Shown in pieces: positions 30,035-38,620 of a stretch of DNA of 64,000 nt. Positions within the stretch are counted from its first letter, which is position 1, and the number at the start of each line of letters is the position of its first letter. This stretch comes from a virus, in IMG/VR virus record IMGVR_UViG_3300030099_007533, positions 39,547-103,546 of that record; one strand, given 5' to 3'. The position numbers and the translations under genes are program-made. The notes beneath the pieces are model-generated. The model was given only the letters and a program-made list of their open reading frames with translations. It made no database searches and was not told the origin of the DNA.

Positions 30035-30724
30035 TTAATTATTCCAGTCTTTAATGAAGTATTTGTATTCAACTTTTATTTTTCTAAGTGTTGGTGCTAA
30101 CTGCTTAGTCGTCATGCCTGTCATTTCTCTCAAATAGAGATAAATTGCTTTTTTGTTAAGAATTTCAAGCTTATTCATATTTTCAAGCATGTATTCTATT
30201 GAAGAAATCACTTTTCTGTCATTGTCATTTTTTATGATCGTACTATCTTTTTCTAAATTTTTAACAAAAGTGAGCAGCGCTTCCCAGAACTCTCTTTTCT
30301 CCCTATCCCGCTCATAGGGGTGGGAGATCATTACAAATTGATTGTGAGGCGATTTTAGAGCATCATCTAAAGCAATCTCGCGGCGTGCAGCCTGAGCATT
30401 CTTTTTTACTTTATGAATAAACCAGTTTTTTGTAATAACACTAAAATAAGAGAATGCTTTTGAACCTCTATTTGGATCATATTTGTTTAGAATAGTTGTA
30501 AGCCAAACTTTGCAATCATCTTTTAAATAATCAATATTTGGTAGATTATTAAATTTATATGTATAAACAATTTTATCGACAAGTTCACTAAACGCCGGTT
30601 GGATCAAAGTTGAATACAATTTTGTCTTTACCGCATTATCATCTGATAACGCATATTGTATTATTGCTTCTTCATGTATTTTTGTAAAATACATGTTTTT
30701 TGTTCTCTTTCTTCTTTTTCTCAT
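30035..30724 (-). CDS. Phage sigma factor (T4 gp55-like late transcription factor)
   Basis: Sigma region-2-like KYDPNRGSKAFSYFSVITKNWF; C-terminal helical NKKAIYLYLREMTG. Confidence 0.7.
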   Translation of the reverse strand: MRKRRKRTKNMYFTKIHEEAIIQYALSDDNAVKTKLYSTLIQPAFSELVDKIVYTYKFNNLPNIDYLKDDCKVWLTTILNKYDPNRGSKAFSYFSVITKNWFIHKVKKNAQAARREIALDDALKSPHNQFVMISHPYERDREKREFWEALLTFVKNLEKDSTIIKNDNDRKVISSIEYMLENMNKLEILNKKAIYLYLREMTGMTTKQLAPTLRKIKVEYKYFIKDWNN

Positions 30725-30993
30725 TCTGAATACCTGTTTTGGAAGTCTACTAAATCTTGTTTTAACTCCCTTGAATGGCTTATTAAGTTTGAGAGATTTT
30801 CATCGCCATAAAACATCGGTAATTCATAAATTGCCTCCAAATGCTTATTAAATTCTGCAATTGCTAAGTTGACCTGTTCAAAATTCTCATTGAAATATAA
30901 CAACTTTTTTAAAAGATATAAATTAAACCAAACCGAAAAAATAAGACCAGAAACAAATAGTATTGTCCCCACTATAGCTAAACTTTCAATCAT
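30721..30993 (-). CDS. Small membrane-anchored protein
   Basis: N-terminal hydrophobic helix LAIVGTILFVSGLIFSVWFNLYLL followed by a coiled coil. Confidence 0.6.
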   Translation of the reverse strand: MIESLAIVGTILFVSGLIFSVWFNLYLLKKLLYFNENFEQVNLAIAEFNKHLEAIYELPMFYGDENLSNLISHSRELKQDLVDFQNRYSE

Positions 30994-31249
30994 TATTTAT
31001 TACCATCTCCTCAGAAGACTGTTCCTTTATTTTTTTGAGGATTGATTTGTTCTCCTCAATATGTTCTACGACATTTTCTTTTGCTGTTTTGTTTGAACCC
31101 TGCTTTATTTTTACCACAGTAAAGCTTGAAGGTAGTTTTTTAATATTTTTACTAAAACAGTGGGGACACTCTACAGCATCAACGCCCATTGAATTCCACT
31201 GTGACCATTCTCTATCACAGGAAGAGCAACTATAGTTGTATTTAGGCAT
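30986..31249 (-). CDS. FmdB-family zinc-ribbon protein
   Basis: MPKYNYSCSSC...CPHC.S.NIKKL; start re-called at ATG 31249. Confidence 0.8.
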   Translation of the reverse strand: MPKYNYSCSSCDREWSQWNSMGVDAVECPHCFSKNIKKLPSSFTVVKIKQGSNKTAKENVVEHIEENKSILKKIKEQSSEEMVINND

Positions 31250-31430
31250 ATCTAATAAACGCCTCTTCAAGTCTCTTCAACATACATCTTGACTCTGTTA
31301 CTTTAAAAAATTTGTCCCAATCTTCCTTTTCCTCATTGTTAATTGATGCCTTTAAAACTTCATCCTTATCTTTTACATAACGACGAAAATGTCGTAATAG
31401 GAAAACAATATCATCTTTATTTAATCTCAT
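31242..31430 (-). CDS. Hypothetical protein (62 aa)
   Basis: Fills the operon and overlaps both neighbours. Confidence 0.5.
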   Translation of the reverse strand: MRLNKDDIVFLLRHFRRYVKDKDEVLKASINNEEKEDWDKFFKVTESRCMLKRLEEAFIRYA

Positions 31431-31785
31431 TCATTCTCCCATAATCATCAGAAAGTCTTACAACATCGTCTAATTCTGGAGTTGACACCTCAAACAATTC
31501 AACACACCCAAATTCAGGTGCTGTAAATCTATGAACTGTTTTTGGAGTTATTCGCCAAGATCTGCCCTCTCCAAGCTTAATTATATTACTTTCGCCGGGG
31601 GCGTCCGATAAGTCTAATAGTAAAAGCCCTTTTGATACATATATCGTCTCATCTTTTTTAACATGAAACTGTTTTGAAAGACGGTGACCAGCTTTAATGA
31701 AAAGTTTTTTCATTACATACTTATCAGTCTGAACTATTATTTCTTCATGTCCCCAAGGTTTTTCAACTATCTTCGGCGCCATCAA
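31417..31785 (-). CDS. Cupin, mannose-6-phosphate isomerase type II-like
   Basis: KPWGHE, LSKQFHVKKDET, VHRF, EVSTPELDDVVRLSDDYGR. Confidence 0.8.
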   Translation of the reverse strand: MMAPKIVEKPWGHEEIIVQTDKYVMKKLFIKAGHRLSKQFHVKKDETIYVSKGLLLLDLSDAPGESNIIKLGEGRSWRITPKTVHRFTAPEFGCVELFEVSTPELDDVVRLSDDYGRMNEIK

Positions 31786-31954
31786 ATTCTTCCATTTTAA
31801 ATGTTGGCGGGTTAGTTACCATCAATTCATCCTGCGAGTCTCCTTGAACTACAAGATTGAATTCTTGTAACACGGGAACAATGTCTGTCTCCTCTAACAA
31901 TGATTTTTGAAGAGCCATCATTATAGCCCCTAATGCTTGATCCGATAATCTCAT
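31763..31954 (-). CDS. Hypothetical protein (63 aa)
   Basis: Fills the gap between gmd and the cupin; AAGGA upstream. Confidence 0.55.
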   Translation of the reverse strand: MRLSDQALGAIMMALQKSLLEETDIVPVLQEFNLVVQGDSQDELMVTNPPTFKMEEFDGAEDS

Positions 31955-31955
31955 C

Positions 31956-32948
31956 TTATTTCCATCCTTTTTTTGATACTATTTTATTGAAATCATGATT
32001 ATACATATCTCTTGCCAAAGACGTAAAATCATACTTTGGTTTCCACCCCAAAACTCTTTTTGCCTTAGAACAATTTCCCAGCAAATAAGGAACTTCTTGA
32101 GGGCGAAAATACTTTTTATTTATTTTTAAATGTCTTTTTGGGTTACCCAGTTCTGCAACTGACCATACTCTCTCTAAAAACTCTTCTACCGAATGAGTTT
32201 CCCCTGTTGAAATAACATAATCATCGGGAATTTCTTGTTGCAACATTAACCACATTGCTTCTACATAATCTTTTGCGTGACCCCAATCTCTTTTTGCTGA
32301 TAAATTACCCAACTCAATGTTTTTTTGATGACCCAATCTAATATTGGCTGCTGCCAATGTTATTTTTCTTGTTACGAATGTCTCTCCACGTCGCGGAGAC
32401 TCGTGATTGAATAGAATACCGCTCGATGCGTGCAGCCCATATGAGGCGCGATAATTCCGCACTAAATTATGGGCACAAACTTTTGCACAAGCATATGGTG
32501 AAGCAGGCATTAAACGTGAAGACTCATCATATCCCTCTGGTGGGATATCTGGGTTGTCTCCAAACATCTCTGATGAGCTTGCCTGATAAAACCTGCATGA
32601 TGGGTGTACGTTTCTAATCGCCTCTAAAATCTTGTGAGTCCCCAGTGCAATGCCAGATAATGTATCCTCTGGCACCTCAAAAGACACCCTAACGTGAGAT
32701 TGTGCTGCCAAATTATAGAATTCGTCTGGTTTGTATTTTAATAGTAATCTATAAGTGGCTGATGAGTCATTTAGATCCCAATATTCCATCTTAAAATTAT
32801 CATTTTTATAAATATGATCGATTCTTTCAGTACAAATTGTAGAGGTCCTTCTCTTAAGACCTACCACATGATAACCTTTTCTTAATAATAATTCTGCTAA
32901 ATAAGAACCGTCTTGTCCTGTTATGCCACTAACAAATGCTGTTTTCAA
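31956..32948 (-). CDS. gmd: GDP-mannose 4,6-dehydratase
   Basis: GITGQDGSYLAELLL, LAAQSHVRVSF, YQASSSEMFG, SPYACAK, FNHESPRRGETFVTRKI, RDWGHAKDY. Confidence 0.96.
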   Translation of the reverse strand: MKTAFVSGITGQDGSYLAELLLRKGYHVVGLKRRTSTICTERIDHIYKNDNFKMEYWDLNDSSATYRLLLKYKPDEFYNLAAQSHVRVSFEVPEDTLSGIALGTHKILEAIRNVHPSCRFYQASSSEMFGDNPDIPPEGYDESSRLMPASPYACAKVCAHNLVRNYRASYGLHASSGILFNHESPRRGETFVTRKITLAAANIRLGHQKNIELGNLSAKRDWGHAKDYVEAMWLMLQQEIPDDYVISTGETHSVEEFLERVWSVAELGNPKRHLKINKKYFRPQEVPYLLGNCSKAKRVLGWKPKYDFTSLARDMYNHDFNKIVSKKGWK

Positions 32949-33847
32949 TTTATTCCCCTAACATTCGGATAATTCATTATAAACCATTTGCAAGTCTTTT
33001 TTAAACCTTCTTTTAATGGTGTGTAGTTTTCTTTGTTCCAACCTAAGTCAAGCAGCCTTTGGTTTGAGCTTGGCTTTCTGTGCTGTCCAGATGGTTGGTC
33101 TGTTTGCCACTCTAGCTCACCATCATATCCCAGAATATCACATATCATCTCCACAACTTCTTTGATGGAATATTCATCTGTGTTGCCGATATTAATTGGC
33201 TCTGGCTCATTGTAGTTCTCCATAAGAAATAGAAGAATGCGTGCGATATCTTCTGAATAAGTGAACTCACGGAGTGGTGAGCCGTCGCCCCAGCAGAATA
33301 CAGAAGGTTCTTTATTTATTTTTGCCTCCCAAACTTTGCGGATAAGAGCGGGAATAACATGACTGTTTTCTAAGTCAAAGTTATCGTTCTCACCATAGAG
33401 GTTGTTTGGGATGGCTGTGATAAAGTTGCAGCCGTATTGTTGTCTGTATGCTCTGGACATAACGTCAACCATTCTCTTGGCGTAAGCATAGCCAAAGTTG
33501 GAGTGATGTGGTGGTCCAAGGTGTAGCTGGTCTTCTGTGAGCGGATAGTTGATATATGGAGCGTCTGGATAAACACAAGTTGATAGGAGAGACAAAACCT
33601 TGTTTGCTCCGCGAAGATGTGCGTCGTGAAGTATTTTTTGGTTTATGTTTGAGTTCTCGTAATAGAACTGCGCCATCTCTTCTGTATTTGCCTTAACACC
33701 ACCAACTTTGGCTGCGAGGTGAATGATACCTTTGCCTCGGGGGTCAAACAGCAGGCTGTGGAACTGTTCTCTATTTGGGTATTCTGCTTCTGGCAAGACT
33801 CGCTTGAACGCAGAACCTACCATACCTGTGCCGCCAGTGATAATCAT
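32945..33847 (-). CDS. fcl: GDP-L-fucose synthase
   Basis: TGGTGMVG, HLAAKVGG, STCVYP, YAYAKR, NLYGENDNF, SHVIPALI, WGDGSPLREF. Confidence 0.93.
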   Translation of the reverse strand: MIITGGTGMVGSAFKRVLPEAEYPNREQFHSLLFDPRGKGIIHLAAKVGGVKANTEEMAQFYYENSNINQKILHDAHLRGANKVLSLLSTCVYPDAPYINYPLTEDQLHLGPPHHSNFGYAYAKRMVDVMSRAYRQQYGCNFITAIPNNLYGENDNFDLENSHVIPALIRKVWEAKINKEPSVFCWGDGSPLREFTYSEDIARILLFLMENYNEPEPINIGNTDEYSIKEVVEMICDILGYDGELEWQTDQPSGQHRKPSSNQRLLDLGWNKENYTPLKEGLKKTCKWFIMNYPNVRGIN

Positions 33848-33860
33848 TATTTACTTTTTC

Positions 33861-34697
33861 CTACCTCTCTCTTTCTTTAATCTTATATAATAATTCAATT
33901 ATTTGATTCACAGCATTCGGGTCACGGTTGAGTGGTTTATATGTAATTTCAGAAAATTCTCCCGCCTCAATCTGTGATAGTGAGTAGTTTTTTGGTCGTA
34001 TTCCTAAATGAATCCTCCTATTTTCATACCATTCCCGACCGCCCGTTACATACTCTATTTCATTTTGATTTTCGTATATAGAAATCTTTTCTGATGAATA
34101 ACATTCATCCAGTCCCCATCCATTCATCATTCTTCCGCGAGCAGCATTGTGCGAAGGGATAAAACCATACCTGCTCATAGAATCAAAATAAGCTTTAGCC
34201 TCATCTGCCCACTCTTCTTCTAAGCCATAAAGTTTCTTGAACATCTTTCCTTTGCCAACGTGATGAGATGTTGGAAACATAATGTTTGTTTGAGTATTAT
34301 AATATCCCAAAGTATTCACTGAATAACCTTTGTAAATATCAGATAGACCTACAACATATTTTTTGGTTTTTTCAAGTTTCTCAAGCATGTCAAAAAAAGT
34401 GTAATTTAAAGGTATTTGATCTATTCCGTGGGTTATGCAAACGTCTTCTGGGAATTTTTGTGCTGCCCAAAATGGCAACCATGTAACTTGAGAAAGAGGT
34501 AAATTAAGTTGCGGTTCAGCATTTATTATGTTTTCTTTATAAACAAAATTATATTTTTCTTGAGACTCACGAGAGCCTAAAAAAACAAGAAAAGGTTCTA
34601 TCTCATAAATTTCTTTCCACACCCTTGCAACTGTATTCCAATACCCAGCATACTGCTGATTATCGTCACAGCACAAAATAACTTTATCGATTTTCAT
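33861..34697 (-). CDS. Putative glycosyltransferase of unclassified family (paralog of 38621-39445)
   Basis: Start re-called at MKIDK (GGAG RBS); TWLPFWAA..FPEDVC.T.GID.IP and WGLDE.Y are shared with the paralog. Confidence 0.5.
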   Translation of the reverse strand: MKIDKVILCCDDNQQYAGYWNTVARVWKEIYEIEPFLVFLGSRESQEKYNFVYKENIINAEPQLNLPLSQVTWLPFWAAQKFPEDVCITHGIDQIPLNYTFFDMLEKLEKTKKYVVGLSDIYKGYSVNTLGYYNTQTNIMFPTSHHVGKGKMFKKLYGLEEEWADEAKAYFDSMSRYGFIPSHNAARGRMMNGWGLDECYSSEKISIYENQNEIEYVTGGREWYENRRIHLGIRPKNYSLSQIEAGEFSEITYKPLNRDPNAVNQIIELLYKIKERER

Positions 34698-34745
34698 TTT
34701 TTCTCCACCTTTTGTAAGTTTCAAACTTAGCTAACATCTTTTTTT

Positions 34746-34841
34746 CTAAATTTTCTTTGCTATTGTTTTAGCGATTACTATTTTAGCATAATCACTATAA
34801 AAATTAATATTTTTTGGAAAGCCATTTAAACATCTGCTCAT
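34746..34841 (-). pseudogene. 31-aa micro-ORF / gene remnant [31 protein letters not shown]
   Basis: ATGA overlap with the DegT stop and an AAGGAG RBS upstream; fills most of a ~140-nt gap. Confidence 0.4.
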
Positions 34842-35671
34842 TGTTCGTTCTCCTTAAAAGACATGTTAGATTTCTCTTTAATTTCGTGGGCAGCGCGTTC
34901 CGCCACAGGACAGTTGCCAACAATACCCCTCTCAATATAAGCCGGCTGGTGGTACACAACGCGTGGATAATGCCCTTGCTCTGGACCTCTTAATCCTAGT
35001 TCTGCTTTGATTCCGGTCATATGAATCTTCATTTGTTCCAAAGCCATCAGGCATAATGGTTCAGCAAGTCTAAAATTAAAGCCCACGTATTTGTGATTAT
35101 ATTTACCCACTTGACCTTGATCACATATGGACCTTATTTTTTTGCCATCAAGTCTTGATCCTTTAGGGATACAAATCATTCCCCCCTCAAAGGTGGAGAT
35201 GTTTTTTGTTTTATAAAAAGAAAATGTTCCAGCGTCGGATAACATACCTGCCATTTTTCCAGAGGAATGTTCTGCTCCGAAAGCCTGCGCAGTGTCCTCT
35301 ATAACTATCAAATTGTGCTTTTTTGCTATGGTACTAATTTTTTTCATATCACATATTCTACCATAGAGGTGTACCGGAATTATCGCTTTTGTTTTTGACG
35401 TTATTGCCTGTTCTATTTTGTTGGGGTCTAACAGCAATGTTTTGGGACATATATCCACAAATACTGGTGTGGCGCCGGCAATAATTATTGCGTTAGTCGT
35501 AGCAATAAAGGTAAATGGGGTGGTGATTATCTCATCACCCGGTTTGAGATCCATGGACCACAAAGACGCTATGAGGGCAGACGTTCCATTGTTGACTGCT
35601 ATACACTCTTCCACGTCAAATGTCTTCTTTACATACTGTTCAAAAATGTCTCTTACAATTGCTGGCATCAT
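34838..35671 (-). CDS. DegT/DnrJ/EryC1/StrS sugar aminotransferase (shortened)
   Basis: [36 protein letters not shown] (PLP Lys), EGG, GFNFRL. Confidence 0.9.
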   Translation of the reverse strand: MMPAIVRDIFEQYVKKTFDVEECIAVNNGTSALIASLWSMDLKPGDEIITTPFTFIATTNAIIIAGATPVFVDICPKTLLLDPNKIEQAITSKTKAIIPVHLYGRICDMKKISTIAKKHNLIVIEDTAQAFGAEHSSGKMAGMLSDAGTFSFYKTKNISTFEGGMICIPKGSRLDGKKIRSICDQGQVGKYNHKYVGFNFRLAEPLCLMALEQMKIHMTGIKAELGLRGPEQGHYPRVVYHQPAYIERGIVGNCPVAERAAHEIKEKSNMSFKENEQ

Positions 35672-36150
35672 TTTTCCCTGTGATATTTGGCAGGATTTCC
35701 AAAAACAACTACGTTAGGTGGCACATCCTTTGTAACCACAGAGCCGGCTCCAACTAAGCAATTTTCCCCAATAACATTGCCACATATTATGGTAGAGCTT
35801 GCTCCAATGCTAGCACCTTTTTTAAACAACGTTTTTCTAAAGCGCTCTTTCCAACTCCCTGTAGCTGTGGGGCTTATGTCATTTGTTGTTACTACATTAG
35901 GTCCGATAAAAACCTCGTCTTCTATTGTTACACCCTCGTATATTATTGAGTTATTTTGTATTTTTACGTTATTTCCAATGACTACATTTTTTCCTATATG
36001 AACGCCCTCACCAATTACACAATTTTTTCCTATTTTCGCACCACTCATAATATGTGAGAAAGCCCATATTTTTGTGTTATCTCCGATTTGGACGTCAGGG
36101 TCAAGTATTGAAGTCTCATGTAAAAAATATTTTTTTTCTGTTGTGGTCAT
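35668..36150 (-). CDS. Hexapeptide-repeat sugar N-acetyltransferase (WbpD/WlbB-like)
   Basis: [55 protein letters not shown]. Confidence 0.88.
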   Translation of the reverse strand: MTTTEKKYFLHETSILDPDVQIGDNTKIWAFSHIMSGAKIGKNCVIGEGVHIGKNVVIGNNVKIQNNSIIYEGVTIEDEVFIGPNVVTTNDISPTATGSWKERFRKTLFKKGASIGASSTIICGNVIGENCLVGAGSVVTKDVPPNVVVFGNPAKYHREK

Positions 36151-36187
36151 TAAACAATTATAATATTGGCTGTCTTAAATTTTAAAT
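36121..36187 (-). repeat. Copy 1 of a ~67-bp imperfect direct repeat (promoter + first 10 codons of the acetyltransferase)
   Basis: Ungapped match to 37149-37215, 53/67 identical by manual alignment (27/30 in the coding part). Confidence 0.8.
36157..36186 (-). promoter_or_regulatory. Sigma70-type promoter, leaderless layout
   Basis: TTTAAA-N18-TATAAT-N6-ATG(36150). Confidence 0.5.
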
Positions 36188-36274
36188 TTGTATTCCCTGT
36201 TGCGATCTTCAATGTTAAAAATCGTAAACAAAGACTCCTATTTCATTTATAGAAATTTCTTCGATAAATAAAAA

Positions 36275-37126
36275 CTATTTTTTATCATGTGAATTAGATA
36301 ACATAAGAATTGCGTCGTTAAGACACGTTGATTTAATCTCCTCTGAAGAAGACTTAAAAAGTTCTTTTAAGCGATCTCCGGTTCTTGGTTTCATGAAAGA
36401 CTTTTCACGCTGTGGATAAAACACGTTGGCAATGTCAGACATTGAACGGCTATTTGGCGAATTAACAATATATCTACCGGGCTTGTTGTTCATGGTATAG
36501 ATTATTAGACCAACTGATTCTTCCAATGAAATAAAATGTCTTTCGCATTCTTCAGCAACTTTTAAAGGCTCGCTGATTGGTGTTTTTTGCCATATTTCAA
36601 AAACATTACCAACTGTTTCAACCACATTAAAAAATCTTGCAACACTTCCACCAGAACTTAAAGTCATCTTTTCAGCAATTAATTTTGAAGCACCATACAC
36701 AACCTCTGGATTATTCCCCTTGCATGTTGATGTTAAGATAAGTTTACAACCCGATGGAGATGCATCAATGAGATTCATAGTTCCTATAGTGTTGATCGAC
36801 AATGTTTTCCATATTTCTCGTTCGCCCAAAGGGGCGTGTTTTGCACCAGCTATATTTACTATAATAGTTGGTTTAAATTTATTTATTACTGAGAAAGTAT
36901 TCTGAAAATCAGTTACATCTAGATAAGTGTGGTCACCCACTATATCTGTTGTCATGACAGTTATGTTTTCATAACTATCCAACCTATTAGTTAAAGCCCT
37001 TCCAATACTTCCATCAGCGCCTGTAATTAGAATTCTTGCGCCTGCTTCTATATGCAGATTTTCCTTTTTTAGCAAACTATCATAAATTTTTCTGTTTAAA
37101 ATTTTTTCAACTTTTTCTTTTTTCAC
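36275..37126 (-). CDS. CapD/PglF-type UDP-HexNAc 4,6-dehydratase-like protein (soluble domain only)
   Basis: ITGADGSIG, AGAKHAPLGE, STCK..NP.VVYGASKL.AE, RFFNV, RTGDRLKE; GTG start. Confidence 0.75.
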   Translation of the reverse strand: MKKEKVEKILNRKIYDSLLKKENLHIEAGARILITGADGSIGRALTNRLDSYENITVMTTDIVGDHTYLDVTDFQNTFSVINKFKPTIIVNIAGAKHAPLGEREIWKTLSINTIGTMNLIDASPSGCKLILTSTCKGNNPEVVYGASKLIAEKMTLSSGGSVARFFNVVETVGNVFEIWQKTPISEPLKVAEECERHFISLEESVGLIIYTMNNKPGRYIVNSPNSRSMSDIANVFYPQREKSFMKPRTGDRLKELFKSSSEEIKSTCLNDAILMLSNSHDKK

Positions 37127-37178
37127 TCATCTCTTCCCGTTGCTTAAATAAAAAATAATTTTTTTCTTTTGTAGTCAT
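37107..37178 (-). pseudogene. 5' stub duplicate of the acetyltransferase gene (MTTKEKNYFLFKQREEMSEKRKS)
   Basis: First 10 residues are 8/10 identical to [10 protein letters not shown] of 35668-36150; the stub then diverges and stops, overlapping the CapD start. Confidence 0.7.
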
Positions 37179-37215
37179 TAGCTAATTATAACATTAATAA
37201 TTTTAAAATTTAAAT
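37149..37215 (-). repeat. Copy 2 of the ~67-bp direct repeat, including promoter TTTAAA-N18-(TGn)TATAAT-N6-ATG
   Basis: Offset 1028 bp from copy 1; the two copies flank the CapD-like gene. Confidence 0.8.
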
Positions 37216-37227
37216 CTCTTAAACTTT

Positions 37228-38508
37228 TTAACCAACCAACTTATTAACCAGAGATGGTGAGTTGGTTATATCTTTTATTTTTATAGACTCGGGAAAATAT
37301 TTTCCTATATTATTCATATAATCAAGCCTTGTTTGTTTAACAAAATTATTAAAATTTTTATAGTTAGCTTGAAAACGACCATTAACCATGAGGGTCCCAA
37401 AACCCCATGAATTTTTCATAACATTTAGTAAAGATTCTGATGACATTAACAAATCACATTCTTTTTGCGTTGTCTTTGCCTCCTTTAATTCACCTAATAT
37501 ATTAAAGCTAAAAGATTTGTTCAAGTCAGTTAAAAATATTATTGATGGTTTAAAATCATTAACTTTTAATGAAAACAAAGACATGTTATTATTTTTATAT
37601 ATTCTCTGTTTCATTACTTGAAATGACTTTTTAAGTTCCGTGACGCCAACAGTCTTTGTTTTAGTTAAAGACTTTTTATTGATATTGTCAAAACGGCTTC
37701 TCCAAAAACTAATGTTTCTATCATTGTGTTCCCACGGATCAGATATTTCCCATTGATCTTCTGGTTTCATTACAATTATTTTTTCTTTTGAAAAATAGTT
37801 AATAAAATCGTCAATCTTAATTGAATTATCGTTCAAATAAAAATTCTCTTCATGTGAAAAATATACAAAAGAGGCGAAGGGAATTATATACTTTGGCTTA
37901 ATTATATTAAATATTCTTTCTAAGTTATTAAAAATAATTTTTTTAGCTCGTTGGGGGGTTTTGTTGTCGCCTCTATTACCCGTCCAATTGGCAAAAGAAA
38001 ATTGAGCCAGTAATACATCAATATCACCTACTTTATTTTTTATTTCTTGTATTTCAGAGTCTGTTTTAAAACTTATACAATCGTTTAAATTTAATATTGT
38101 TTTGTTGCCAGATTTAAAACACACCCATGAATCAAAATCATAATTTAGGTCTCCACACAATTTAAAATTATTATCCATGTATAGATAACCATCATCGGGA
38201 ATTTCTAAAACATCGTATCCTCTATTTTCAAACCAATTATGTAGTTTTTTATCTTTTGGTCTACTTTGCAAAATTATTTTTTTTTGATTTGAAATTTTAT
38301 TATCACAAAACAAGCCCGGTCGAAAATGGTCTGGGTGTTCATGAGATATCCAAACATGATCATAATCGTAGTCACATTCCGATAATCGATCCTCTAATAA
38401 TGACCAACCATTATCAAATATACTTCCCTTAAACCACGGGTCACACATAACTTTTTTACTGTTATTTTCTACAATGAAGCAGGCATGATTAATAAATTTA
38501 ATTTTCAT
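37228..38508 (-). CDS. Metallo-beta-lactamase-fold protein, CMP-Neu5Ac hydroxylase/NamH-like, no Rieske domain
   Basis: HAC..CDPWF.GS.F..GW, WISHEHPDHF, DS...ILNLNDC, DVLLAQFS.A, PKYIIPFASFVYF.HEENFYLND. Confidence 0.7.
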   Translation of the reverse strand: MKIKFINHACFIVENNSKKVMCDPWFKGSIFDNGWSLLEDRLSECDYDYDHVWISHEHPDHFRPGLFCDNKISNQKKIILQSRPKDKKLHNWFENRGYDVLEIPDDGYLYMDNNFKLCGDLNYDFDSWVCFKSGNKTILNLNDCISFKTDSEIQEIKNKVGDIDVLLAQFSFANWTGNRGDNKTPQRAKKIIFNNLERIFNIIKPKYIIPFASFVYFSHEENFYLNDNSIKIDDFINYFSKEKIIVMKPEDQWEISDPWEHNDRNISFWRSRFDNINKKSLTKTKTVGVTELKKSFQVMKQRIYKNNNMSLFSLKVNDFKPSIIFLTDLNKSFSFNILGELKEAKTTQKECDLLMSSESLLNVMKNSWGFGTLMVNGRFQANYKNFNNFVKQTRLDYMNNIGKYFPESIKIKDITNSPSLVNKLVG

Positions 38509-38567
38509 TTATAATAACTTATCCCCGCCGCGCCGCAGCCAATAATCCCAACACGGTATTTTAACAT
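38505..38567 (-). pseudogene. 20-aa 5' stub of a Gfo/Idh/MocA-type oxidoreductase (MLKYRVGIIGCGAAGISYYK)
   Basis: GAGGA RBS, Rossmann start YRVGIIGCG, then a stop in ATGA overlap with the MBL gene. Confidence 0.7.
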
Positions 38568-38620
38568 TTTATAGATCCTCTATTCGTATTCCCTTTATTA
38601 ACGTTCTAAAACTTATAAAA

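Noticed and set aside
36190-38600. Shared 9-mer AGGGAATAC in two intergenic gaps (~36195 and ~38590)
   Set aside because: Too short to distinguish from chance, with no flanking similarity.
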